Virus record (IMG/VR): IMGVR_UViG_3300035662_000018
Coordinates: 5,143 to 69,142 of that record
Length of the DNA: 64,000 nt
Strand: one strand, 5' to 3'
Origin: a virus
Made by a program: the position numbers and the translations under genes. Of the stretch, positions 39,137-48,618 are shown piece by piece (the stretch's first letter is position 1; each line of letters opens with the position of its first letter). The notes beneath the pieces are model-generated. The model was not told the origin of the DNA. It worked only from the letters and a program-made list of their open reading frames with translations, and made no database searches.

Positions 39137-39670
39137 TCAACAAATGCTGAAGCCGCCGCTGTCTTTCAAGAAGTCAGCAAACGCTCTAACATTTTCTACA
39201 TCAAACGGATAATTGGTGTCAAAAGGGTTGACTTCACCTTCGCCATTGCACCCATTGCACCAGCCGTAATCACGACCAACAACTACCGCAACTGCTTCAT
39301 CGAGCTTTCGCTCTGGCATACCCATGTCTTGACCAACCGCATCTGTCCTGACGCCTGTGCCTTCGCAGTACTTGCATTGTTCACGAGGTTGGCTTGCAAT
39401 CAAATTGCGGTACATCGCTTCATATATTGCAGTGCGACCGCTTGCGAGCTCGTTGTACAGTATGACTGATAGATCATCTGCGCCTTCAGCACCAAGTCCA
39501 TCGCCTCCATTGCTGTGGCCATCAACACCCGCAACAAGATCTTCTGCAACTATAGTGCAGTATTCCCACAGCGGACGCCAGTACCAAACATTGTTGCGAA
39601 AGTACTCGCCACTTTTAGATTTTGGCTCTTTGCCAAATACATCCATACCCATGCTTGTGTCCTTTGTCAT
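39137..39670 (-). CDS. Hypothetical protein with DnaJ-type CxxCxGxG zinc ribbons
   Basis: CKYCEGTG and CNGCNGEG; YFRNNVWYWRPLW. Confidence 0.65.
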   Translation of the reverse strand: MTKDTSMGMDVFGKEPKSKSGEYFRNNVWYWRPLWEYCTIVAEDLVAGVDGHSNGGDGLGAEGADDLSVILYNELASGRTAIYEAMYRNLIASQPREQCKYCEGTGVRTDAVGQDMGMPERKLDEAVAVVVGRDYGWCNGCNGEGEVNPFDTNYPFDVENVRAFADFLKDSGGFSIC

Positions 39671-40330
39671 TTGAAGCAGGCCACCTGTTGACCCGCGCCA
39701 TTATCTTACTTTCCTTAGAAATTACCTGAAGCCGGGTGATTTCTCTTTGACCGCAACATATCTATGTCGTCACGGCCGACCTGAACAGTGTCCATTAGGT
39801 TAGCCCACGCCAATTCTCTGCGAAGACCGCGCTCCACTGCTGTTAGTGCTTCATGAGACGCGCTGTAGCTCGCTGTAGCGAGGCAGAGTGCCATAAAGGC
39901 TTGGACTACCGCAACGAGTGCTAGAAACGTAATCACTTACGTCCCCTGGTCATTGAGATTCCCGCAATCAAAAATACTGCAATCGCCCAGGCTACCGCAC
40001 TAATTGAATTGTATAAGTCAATATGAATTTCCATGATCTCTCCTTGTTGTTGTTGTGAATTACATAATACTTGGTGGTCTGGCCAATTTTGTGACTAACC
40101 ACCGCGTCTGGATCTAATATACTTTCCTTAGAAAGTACTCCAGCTTACCCGCAAACCCTTATTACGCCTCGCAATCGTGTCCGTAGGCTGCTTCAGCTGC
40201 ATCTTGCTCGCTGGTTAGATCAAACACTCGCCCGCATTCAACGCACTGGGTCATTGTCTGCATTTCCATGCTCTGTCTCCTCTTGTTGTTGGTATAGACA
40301 TAATACTTTCTTGAGTTCTGGGCCTAGCCC

Positions 40331-40480
40331 CTATCGCCCGGATACCCGGACGATAAGGGTTTGGCGCGCTTGTGGCGCTTGGTTGGCCCAGTACTGATTA
40401 CACTTCGTCTTGCTCCCACCGAAGACGATGAGTTTTCGCGACTGATCGTAGACTTCGTGTGCTCTGGTTGATGGCTTCAT
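40331..40480 (-). CDS. 49-aa basic protein, paralog of 46075-46233
   Basis: MKPSTRAHEVYD...CNQYWANQAPQARQTL.VRV behind an array promoter and RBS. Confidence 0.7.
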   Translation of the reverse strand: MKPSTRAHEVYDQSRKLIVFGGSKTKCNQYWANQAPQARQTLIVRVSGR

Positions 40481-40855
40481 GATTTGGTCCCTTCGTCGTG
40501 GTGATGAGATCATTATAAAGTCCTGAGTTCTTACAACTAACCCACTACTCCCACAGACCAGTCTTGCGGTTTCCCACCAATGGGTACTCAAAGTTAAGGT
40601 ACCCCACTTCAAAGTCACCCGCAAAGCGATTGGTTGAGATGACTGTCGTCATATCAATACCGCAACGCTTGAGGTCATTGAAGAATGATGAGACAAGATG
40701 TGAGTACATCACTCGCTGACGGATCATTTGTCCATCGTGAAACTGAACGATGCTCTTGTTCATTGCGTTGTCCTTTCGTTAGGTTGACGAGACCATTGTA
40801 CGATCCTGAGTTTGCCAGCCAGCCCGCATAAGCAGGCCAGCCGGCAACTCGTTAC

Positions 40856-41077
40856 TTAGTTGAATTGCTTGGTAACCGGGTTGAATTCAAATGGATCGTA
40901 CTCGTTTGCCGACTTGCTTGGCATCAAACCAGTCAATGTCCATTCAAATGACTCTTTGCTCTCACGAAGTACTTCGGCAAGCTCTTGAACTTCTTCCCGC
41001 ATGTCTGTGATCTTGCGGCTCAGTTCGTAGATACGTGCCTCGGCGGCCTTCGGGTTGTTTGCGTACTTCTTTTTCAT
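40856..41077 (-). CDS. Small coiled-coil protein
   Basis: Array promoter and GAAAGGAC RBS. Weak similarity to the 32764/36721 pair (KKK...A.EARI..L...I...EE..ELA). Confidence 0.65.
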   Translation of the reverse strand: MKKKYANNPKAAEARIYELSRKITDMREEVQELAEVLRESKESFEWTLTGLMPSKSANEYDPFEFNPVTKQFN

Positions 41078-41104
41078 GTTGTCCTTTCGGTTAGGTTGAC
41101 GATG

Positions 41105-41470
41105 CTACTTTACTGTCTCGAGAACGCTTCCCGCAGCTGCCTCAATGAACTCTTTCAGCACTTGAATGTGCTCATCGCTAAGTCCCTGCGTCTCGCCATC
41201 CGCATCTGGTGTCCCAGTCAATACAACCGTACCTACGATGTAGTCGGTTTCTTGGCCAAATGACATGTCCCAAAAGACTTGAGCAATTGGATTGTGCTCG
41301 AGTCTAATCATCTTGCCTTCTTCGTTGACCCAAAGCGAGAGGATGTTGCTGAGGTCAATTGCTTGTACCCAGCCTCCAACCGCAGTCTGCAACACGCTGA
41401 GCTCGTCAGGCTTTGAGAAGTCAATTACTTCAACCTCGCCTGCCGGCGTAATCTTAATTCCTTGCTTCAC
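41105..41470 (-). CDS. DUF3846-like protein
   Basis: LQTAVGGWVQ...LWVNEEGK..L.HN..A...IVGTVVLTG..G.T.GL. Confidence 0.75.
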   Translation of the reverse strand: MKQGIKITPAGEVEVIDFSKPDELSVLQTAVGGWVQAIDLSNILSLWVNEEGKMIRLEHNPIAQVFWDMSFGQETDYIVGTVVLTGTPDADGETQGLSDEHIQVLKEFIEAAAGSVLETVK

Positions 41471-42155
41471 TTTGTCTCCTTTGTCGTTGGTGAGTTCATT
41501 ATATGTTCCGAAGTTTTGTCAGGCGAGCGCGTGGGGGACGCGCGTCGCTGACGGATTGATCTGGTTATCTGGTAATCGTGATGAGATTATAGACGTCGAA
41601 GTCGTCGTTTGAAATCGTCGCGATATCGTTGGTCGTTAGATCGTTCGCGAGAAAATATTCGTACGCGTCGTACGCGCAGGAATCGTTATCGAGATTGATC
41701 GTGTATTTTCCGGATGGAACGCTGATCGTGTAGGTTTTCATGAGATTATTATACGTTCCCTAGTTTTACCCGCAAGGGTTGGTAGGGTAGGGCTTGCGCC
41801 CTATCCCATGCGCCTCGCTTCGGCCATTGCCTCGGCATGGACCGCGCCGGAGCTCACTTCGCCTACCCACACCGCATACTCGCTCGAGTTCAGGGTTTCA
41901 CGTGCTTCGGCGAGTTCGGCCTCTGTCGCATCCAATTCAAGCGTTGGTGGGTTGTCGCCGTGCTTTGCGAGGTATCCCCATTCAATTACCACCATCATTC
42001 TCTCCTTCGTCGTTGGTTGTGAGTACATATTACTGTCTCGAGTTTACTACCGCGCTAGGACGTGAGTTTGTTGATGCGCGTGCGAAGACGTGCGGCGGCT
42101 AACTCGGGACTGTAAAATATAATCGTTATACCAACCCAATACGAAAGCGAAAAAC

Positions 42156-42398
42156 ATGGCACAATACTCCATCAGCATCGACTATAACGACGAACCATAC
42201 GAAACCGGCCTAACGCTCGACGAACTAATCGCCCTCTACCTTCCAGCCGGCGTCAGCTTCGTTCGTTACGCCTGGCGTAACCCGCACCAGCCAAACGACG
42301 TCACGATTATCGTAAACGCGAACGACGAAACCGATCTAAACGAACTCTGCGATTACGCCGGCGTAAACGATCCCGACGAACTCGAGCGCGTTTTATAA
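42156..42398 (+). CDS. Small acidic protein (inverted array unit)
   Basis: Plus-strand copy of the array promoter at 42101-42118, and a terminator at 42426-42456. Confidence 0.75.
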   Translation: MAQYSISIDYNDEPYETGLTLDELIALYLPAGVSFVRYAWRNPHQPNDVTIIVNANDETDLNELCDYAGVNDPDELERVL

Positions 42399-42425
42399 CG
42401 CGAACGCGATCCTCAAACGAACTAA

Positions 42426-42456
42426 CCCGGGCGTCTTACAGCGTCCGGGCTTTTTC
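42426..42456 (+). terminator. Intrinsic terminator
   Basis: CCCGGGCG-loop-CGTCCGGG followed by CTTTTTT. Confidence 0.75.
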
Positions 42457-42503
42457 GTGCGCATTTTCAGCTGCAAAAAACTAGGGTAAGTATAATAATA
42501 AAC

Positions 42504-42680
42504 ATGAAAACCTACACAACACTTACATATGTAAACCACCACGACGAAGTGCATTGCGTACAATGCGCAAGCAACTCAACCGAATTCCTTATCCCCGCGC
42601 CTTACACGTACAACCCGCAAACCGACGCTTACGACCTATTTTGCCTCCTCTGCGACACGCAAATTCACGAAACCTTATAA
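42504..42680 (+). CDS. Leaderless 58-aa zinc-ribbon protein (inverted array unit)
   Basis: ATG 7 nt after TATAAT. MKTYTTLTYVNHHDEVHCVQC...CLLCD. Followed by a hairpin and T-tract near 42708-42737. Confidence 0.65.
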   Translation: MKTYTTLTYVNHHDEVHCVQCASNSTEFLIPAPYTYNPQTDAYDLFCLLCDTQIHETL

Positions 42681-42748
42681 ACTTTACAAACCACGCAAAC
42701 ACGAACCAGCCCGGCGCTCATCGCGACCGGGCTTTTTCGCGTCCCGAA

Positions 42749-42973
42749 TTACATCGGGAACGCTCGCTTGATATTCATCTCCGCGTACCACTCGTTCAGG
42801 CCCTTTATTTTTTCTTCAACCGCGCTCAGAATTTCCCCGATCTCTTCGCTCGAGAACTCTCCATCACGAACCAGTTCACGAACCAGCCCACCGTAAACCA
42901 GATCAGCTTCGCGATCCGCGCCTTCAATCGTTTCAACGATCTCACACGCCTTATCGTCTAATCTCTCGTCCAT
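42749..42973 (-). CDS. Small acidic helical protein, paralog of 46452-46658
   Basis: MDERLDDKACEIVE...VYGGLVRELV..G.F..EEIG.IL..VEEK.K.L.EWY. Confidence 0.8.
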   Translation of the reverse strand: MDERLDDKACEIVETIEGADREADLVYGGLVRELVRDGEFSSEEIGEILSAVEEKIKGLNEWYAEMNIKRAFPM

Positions 42974-43686
42974 CGTATTCCTTTCGTCGTAGTGATAGGA
43001 TCATTATACGATCCGGAGTTTTCCCAGCACTGGCAGTCTACGGCTGATCGCGCAGCCAAACAGCTGCCATCAGCGTAAGCGCCGACAGTAGTACTAGCAA
43101 GTCCACCCGCGCTCCTTTTTTCGTTGTGAGTACATTATACTTTCCCGATTTTAGCTTTCGGGAAGCATGTCGCAGAGCTCGTCGAGCTGGTTGTCGCGGC
43201 ACATGCTGGCGAAGTCGGCTTCGGTAAAGTTGCTTGGGAAGTTGAGGGTGAATGTGATGAGGTTGTCGTCGGCGATGTCGTACGTGAAGTTTGAAAATGT
43301 TAGGTCGTGTTCGGCGGCGGCGATAAATAGTGGCTCGAGTGCGCCGCGGTCGGAAGCGCTGGTGATTTGCATTGGTTTCATGTTTTGTGCCTTTCGTCGT
43401 TGTGTAAGTTTATTATACTCTCCCGAGTTTTTGTCGCGTTACGCGACGCTCACCCAGACTGGTCGGGTATCGGGACGGACGGCGTAGGCGACGAAGCGCC
43501 CAGCGATTGCGTGTTCGTGAAGTATTGCGCGCTGTTCGTGTGTGAGCAGGCTGAGAAGAAGGTGGTATGAGTCGTTATGAATAAGGGTGGCTGGTTTATC
43601 GGGATTCTGGATTAGTGATGAGTATTCGTTGGTCGATGTCATGTAATCATTATACAATCCCGAGTTTTGTACTCTTGTTGCCCGCG

Positions 43687-43872
43687 CTACGCATGCGCCG
43701 GCATCACGACAATCTGCTCGTCGTATCCCCAAACCGTCTTTCCTGACTCGAGCGTCATGTCAAAGCCTGGTTGACCATTCTTGACATCCGCATACTTCCC
43801 AGTCACTACACCCGTACGGAGCACGCCGCCCCAGGTCTCGTAACTAATCGTGTCGCCTATTTTGTAATCCAT
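43687..43872 (-). CDS. Small SH3/KOW-like beta protein, paralog of 48151-48345
   Basis: MDYKIGDT..Y...G...GV.T.K...QPGF.MT...WG.D.QI. Confidence 0.75.
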   Translation of the reverse strand: MDYKIGDTISYETWGGVLRTGVVTGKYADVKNGQPGFDMTLESGKTVWGYDEQIVVMPAHA

Positions 43873-44595
43873 GTTTTGTCCTTTCGTTGTGAGATCATTT
43901 TACGATCCGGAGTTCCTACCCCAGCTCTTTCATCAACCGCGCAACCTCGACGGCAGTCAACTTCTCTTCACGCTTATACACCCGTACCAATTCTTCCATC
44001 GCTTCGTACGGGTCGCAGTGCGAGTACTCGTATTTAACCATCTCGAGAATGTCACTCGCCATTTGCTTGATGTCTTTTGTCGTTGTCATGGTCTTATTCT
44101 ACTTTCCCTAGAGGTCCTCAAGCTCTTTCACGAAGCCGGCGATAACCCATTCTTCGTAATCTTCAACCGCGCGCTCGGTCGCATTGCCGATGATCCTCGC
44201 AAGGCCTTTCGCCGTGTCAACCCGCTTGCGCAGGTAGGCTAGGCGCTCGCCGTCATCTTCGTTCTCGATGCTTTCAATCCGCTTGAGGATTGATAGCACT
44301 TCGCCGCCGATAGCTGTCTCGAGCCAGGTTAGTTGGGTCAGTGTAAGTTCAACGCTGTACTTTTTCATGTCGTCATTCTACTTTCTTGAGTTTTAGAGTC
44401 TTCACCCGCGCCTTGGCGGGCACTCAAGTAATCGGTTGATTACCTGAGACATCATCTGCTTCGTGAGAGCTGGGTCTTCAGCTGTCCGCAACAGCCACAT
44501 GTTGTTTACTTCCCGCTCGAGTAGCAGCCGCTTTACCAGCTGCCTCTGCGCTGTCGTTGGTCCGTATTCCATGTCACCATTCTACTTTCCTGAGT

Positions 44596-44826
44596 TCAGT
44601 CCCAGCGGGACGGTGGACTGTAGTCCTTGCTCACCGTCTTGCTGCATTGCGGGCATTCCGCCTCCACATCATCGCAACCGCGCTCGTCAACCGTGACATC
44701 TGATTCAGTCCACTCGTGATCGCAGTCACTGCAGAAGAAGTCCATGTCTACTTCAATGTCGTTGTACCCCGGGAGGTCTCTTTCATAGCAACCCGGTGGT
44801 AAGTTGAATCCTGATCCAAAGCCCAT
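44596..44826 (-). CDS. Zinc-ribbon protein
   Basis: CSDCDHEW...ECPQC, with AAGGAG RBS and array promoter. Confidence 0.65.
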   Translation of the reverse strand: MGFGSGFNLPPGCYERDLPGYNDIEVDMDFFCSDCDHEWTESDVTVDERGCDDVEAECPQCSKTVSKDYSPPSRWD

Positions 44827-44877
44827 TGTTCTCTCCTTGTGTCGTCGTGTATGAGATCATTATAGGTTCCGGAGAAC

Positions 44878-45027
44878 CTATTCGGCCCACCGCTTGCCTC
44901 GGCAGGCTTGCCGTGCGGCGATCCGCTTCTTGTTGGGGACTTGAGTCGCCCGCAGGATATTGCGGTCGGCAAACGCCTGGCGGTCGCCTTCGGTCCATCG
45001 TGTATTTGGTTTGGTCGCTGTTTTCAT
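44878..45027 (-). CDS. Leaderless 49-aa basic protein
   Basis: TATAAT-gatctc-ATG. MKTATKPNTRWTEGDRQAFADRNILRATQVPNKKRIAARQACRGKRWAE. Below the ORF-track cutoff. Confidence 0.65.
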   Translation of the reverse strand: MKTATKPNTRWTEGDRQAFADRNILRATQVPNKKRIAARQACRGKRWAE

Positions 45028-45332
45028 GAGATCATTATACATTCCTGAGTTTACTGCGCCTCGATGTCCTGGCGCAGTACCCGCAACTTCATTGCGAAGA
45101 TGAGGACATCGTCATCTTCTTTCAGCTGGTCGGTCGCTTTCTCAAGCTCGAGCGCAAACTCATCGCGGAAGATGAGTTCATACTCAAGACAGTAATTGGC
45201 CTCGTAGATCGCGTTGAACGTGTCATGGAGGTCAAGTTGGCCTTCGATGCGCTCGATGACATCGAGCTTGGTCTCTTTCGTGTTCATGGGATTCCTTTCG
45301 CCGTGGTGTGATCTCATCTTACTTTCCAGAGT

Positions 45333-45452
45333 TTACCACCCTGTCCTTGCGTACCAGTAGTGGTAGTGGCGGGCGCTCTTGATCCCGCGTCGGATTCCGG
45401 CTTTCTTGGTCCAGAAGATTCCGATCTGCACTGCACCGATGAATCGTTTCAT
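45333..45452 (-). CDS. 39-aa cationic peptide (GIRxG family)
   Basis: MKRFIGAVQIGIFWTKKAGIRRGIKSARHYHYWYARTGW with its own promoter and RBS. Confidence 0.7.
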   Translation of the reverse strand: MKRFIGAVQIGIFWTKKAGIRRGIKSARHYHYWYARTGW

Positions 45453-45500
45453 TTTGGGTCCTTTCGTCGTGGTGTACGAGATCATTATACATTCCTCAGA

Positions 45501-45727
45501 ACGCTGAGGACGCCACAGCGGAGGTAGCTAACCTCACCGCAAGTTCCCCGTCGGGCGTTGCGAACTTGAACCGTATGTAAGAGGAGGGCGGATGTCGTGA
45601 GAGGAGGACGGATACCGTGGTCCCGGGAACCGCGTAGAGCCTTATCTTCTGAACAGAGCCTTATCATTCAGTGACGTCTCGTTCGCAACCTTGCGGCTGC
45701 TATGATGTCCTCAACGTGCTGAGGCAT
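45501..45727 (-). ncRNA. Putative structured ncRNA, copy A
   Basis: Array promoter at 45734-45751 with no RBS. 19-bp terminal stem (45501-45519 with 45699-45717). Motif order is shared with 48396-48618. Confidence 0.7.
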
Positions 45728-45752
45728 GTACTCATTTTACTTTCCGGAGTTT

Positions 45753-45845
45753 CTACCACTTATGGAAGTTAGTGGCGGTGCGGAATCCGTGACGGATTCC
45801 ATACGCACGGGAGCATGCGATGAACATTCTCAGTCTCAGAATCAT
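45753..45845 (-). CDS. 30-aa cationic peptide (GIRxG family)
   Basis: MILRLRMFIACSRAYGIRHGFRTATNFHKW with its own promoter and RBS. Confidence 0.6.
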   Translation of the reverse strand: MILRLRMFIACSRAYGIRHGFRTATNFHKW

Positions 45846-45894
45846 TACTGGTCCTTTCGTCGTGGTGATGAGTTAATTATACTTTCCGGAGTTT

Positions 45895-46014
45895 CTACCA
45901 CCGGGTCCTTGGAGCCCAGTAGTAGAAGTGGCGGCCCGTTTTGACGCCGGCGCGGATGCCGTTGGTACGTGCCACCCCAATCCCAATCTTGATTGCGCGG
46001 ATGATTGCTTTCAT
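45895..46014 (-). CDS. 39-aa cationic peptide (GIRxG family)
   Basis: MKAIIRAIKIGIGVARTNGIRAGVKTGRHFYYWAPRTRW with its own promoter and RBS. Confidence 0.7.
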   Translation of the reverse strand: MKAIIRAIKIGIGVARTNGIRAGVKTGRHFYYWAPRTRW

Positions 46015-46074
46015 TTCGTGTCCCTTCGTCGTGGTGATGAGTAAATTATACTTTCCCGAGATTACGTGCCGCCC

Positions 46075-46233
46075 TTATCGGGCGGCCACGCGGACCTCGA
46101 GATCCTGCCGGACTTGGGGAGCCTGCGCCACCCAGAACTTGTTGCAGTTTTCACGTGAACCTGAGAACCTGATCAACTTGAACTTGCGATCATAAACCTC
46201 GTGGGCTCGGGTTGATGGCTTGGTCGTTTTCAT
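46075..46233 (-). CDS. 52-aa basic protein, paralog of 40331-40480
   Basis: MKTTKPSTRAHEVYDRKFKLIRFSGSRENCNKFWVAQAPQVRQDLEVRVAAR. Confidence 0.7.
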   Translation of the reverse strand: MKTTKPSTRAHEVYDRKFKLIRFSGSRENCNKFWVAQAPQVRQDLEVRVAAR

Positions 46234-46451
46234 CTTTCGTCCTTTCGTCGTAGGTATGAGATCATTATACTTTCCTGAGTTTTAGTTGGATTGCTCCCAC
46301 AGGTGAAGATCGGCGTTCTCTGGCGCTGGACAGGGTACGTCGTAATCCATCCAATCTTGATACGTGAATCCGCATTTACAGGTTTGATCTGAATCCATAT
46401 TCAGTCCTTTCGTCGTTTGAACTTGTGAGATCATTATACTTTCCTGAGTTT

Positions 46452-46658
46452 TTACATCCCCATCTTCTCGTACCACTCACTCAGGATCTTGACCTTTTCT
46501 TCCACCTCGTTCAAGATCATTCCGATCTCTTCGTTCGTGAATTTTCCTTCTTGAACCAGTTCACGAACTAACTCGCCGTAAACTTGATTCACGTCAAGAT
46601 CTGATCCTTCCATGATCTCGCAGATCTCGCTCGCTTTATCGTCTATTCTTTCGTCCAT
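46452..46658 (-). CDS. Small acidic helical protein, paralog of 42749-42973
   Basis: MDERIDDKASEICE...VYGELVRELVQEGKFTNEEIGMIL. Confidence 0.8.
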   Translation of the reverse strand: MDERIDDKASEICEIMEGSDLDVNQVYGELVRELVQEGKFTNEEIGMILNEVEEKVKILSEWYEKMGM

Positions 46659-48150
46659 TATTTTCCCTTCGTCGTGGTTACGAGATCATTATACGATCCC
46701 GAGTTTTAGTACTGGGTGGATAACTCAGACGCCGCCCAGTGCGACGAGGTTAGAGCAGTGTTATCCAACTGCGATGATCATTATAAGTTCCCGAGTTCAG
46801 TCAGCTAGTCGCATGGCCGCTTCCATTGCGTCTTCGTGGTCAGCGCCGCAGTCTACCGCCGCTTCATACTGGGCCTGCCGCCTAGGCGTTAGGGCCTCAA
46901 ACTCAAGGCGGGCCTTTCGGACCTTCGGGTTACTTGCCTCTCCAAATGCTGTGATCGTCGTCATGCCACTACTTTACATTCCTGAGTTCAGCGACGGCGC
47001 GTGTCAGCCGGCGACCATTCCGGCCGATCACGCGTCTCGCTTGCGTGCTAGCGCGCACGACGAAGAACGCGCTAGCAACTGCCCGTCAACAGTTCTTGGG
47101 CCTATGGCAGGCCGGGCCGCTCGAAAGCGTGCCCGTCATGCCTTTGCGGCCCTATGGCAGGCCGGGACTTATTCCCAGTCGCCATCATCATCGTCATACG
47201 ACGGCTCGGCGTAGTAGTCCGCATAGCGGTCTTCCTGCGCCTTGATGATGCTTGCCTCTTCGTTCCAGTGAGCATAGTCACTGATGCTTGGGTTGGTCAT
47301 TGCTTGGTCCCTTCGTTGTTCGTTGATGAGATCATTATAGGATCCTGAGATCCCGTCAGCCGAAGCCTTACGACTGGGACCCGTAGGCCCAGCCGTAAGT
47401 TGCTTTGTAGAAGTCTTCCATCCAGGCCAGTGCGCCCTTCTTGGTGTTCTTCGGGCACCCGTATTCCTGTGCCACTCTGATCAATGAGACCCCCCGTACA
47501 TATTTCATGCCCGTTTTGATCTCGAGGCGTAGCCCGCCGATCAGTAGGCACATTCGGTAGTGCTCGATGCCTTCCTGCGTGTCAATTGCCATTATTGTCA
47601 TTGCTTGTCCTTTCGTCGTAGGTTGATGAGATTATTTTACAATCCTGAGAATTAGCAGACCCAGTTGACCGCAATTACTGATGACTTGAAGTCATAGTCA
47701 TGACTAATTTTAGCCGAGACCATGTTCCAAAAGTCTTCTGCTTGGACTTCAGGTCCATCAACAATTTCAATCTCGGGACCAAACCAACCCGCAAAAGCTG
47801 CAGCTGGCTCGAAGTCAAATCCGACAATTTTTCCGTACTTTACTCGAGCGACAAAGCTTCCAGGAATATCTACTCGTGTCATTTCATCTTGGTCCATTGT
47901 TGTCCTTTCGTCGTTGGTGAGTACATTATACGTTCCCTAGATCGAGATCCAGAGAACGTAGCCAGAGTCATTGGTCTTGTTGTGGTGTGCGCATGCTTCC
48001 ACCATCTCACGAGCGCGCTCGAGCGTGAGGCCAGTTCGGTAGACTTCGCTACCACCCGCATCGCCGATCATGACCGTGTATGTCTGTTCCTGTGTGGCTT
48101 TCATGTGATGTCCCTTCGTCGTTGTTGAGCTCATTGTACAGTCCTGAGTT

Positions 48151-48345
48151 TTACACTTCGGCTGGGCGAACCTCAAGAATCTGTGAGTCCAGTCCCCAAA
48201 AGCCACTACCGACTTCTGTGGTCATTACAAAGCCTGGCTGACAGCCGTGGCCGACAATTGCATGCTTTGCTGTTATGACACCTATCTTAACTCGTGTGCT
48301 TCCAAATGGTGAGTACACGACCGTGTCCCCTACTTTATAGTCCAT
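48151..48345 (-). CDS. Small SH3/KOW-like beta protein, paralog of 43687-43872
   Basis: MDYKVGDTVVY...QPGFVMT...WGLDSQI. Confidence 0.75.
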   Translation of the reverse strand: MDYKVGDTVVYSPFGSTRVKIGVITAKHAIVGHGCQPGFVMTTEVGSGFWGLDSQILEVRPAEV

Positions 48346-48395
48346 GCGTTTTGTCCCTTCGTCGTTGGTGTGAGATCATTATATGTTCCTCAGTT

Positions 48396-48618
48396 CGCCG
48401 GGAAGCAACATAGCTGGAGGAGCTACCTCCCTACCCTTCGCCCGTCGGCGGCCTTGAACGATACAACGTGTGCGAGAAGTGGACGGATAACTAAGAGGAG
48501 GACGGATGGTCAATCCCGGGATTGATCAGAGCCTTATCGTTATGCAGAGCCTTAACTTGCAGGGACGGGTCGTTCGCAACCAGGTAGTTGCTATGTTGTT
48601 TCCCGGCGTACCGGGTAT
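48396..48618 (-). ncRNA. Putative structured ncRNA, copy B
   Basis: Array promoter at 48625-48642 with no RBS or ATG. 18/19-bp terminal stem (48396-48414 with 48590-48608). Same internal motifs as copy A. Confidence 0.7.

Noticed and set aside
45560-45690. Antisense guide to 16S rRNA (UAAGGCUCU versus AGAACCUUAC)
   Set aside because: Complementarity is short and has internal mismatches, so it is not distinguishable from chance without the host sequence.
45670-45727. Leaderless 19-aa ORF MPQHVEDIIAAARLRTRRH at the start of RNA copy A
   Set aside because: Copy B has ATA at the same position and no equivalent frame, while base pairing is conserved.
45501-48618. Retron msr-msd or group II intron fragment for the RNA pair
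   Set aside because: Terminal inverted repeats are retron-like, but the candidate G in UAGC is base-paired, there is no long msd hairpin, and no reverse transcriptase is in the window.
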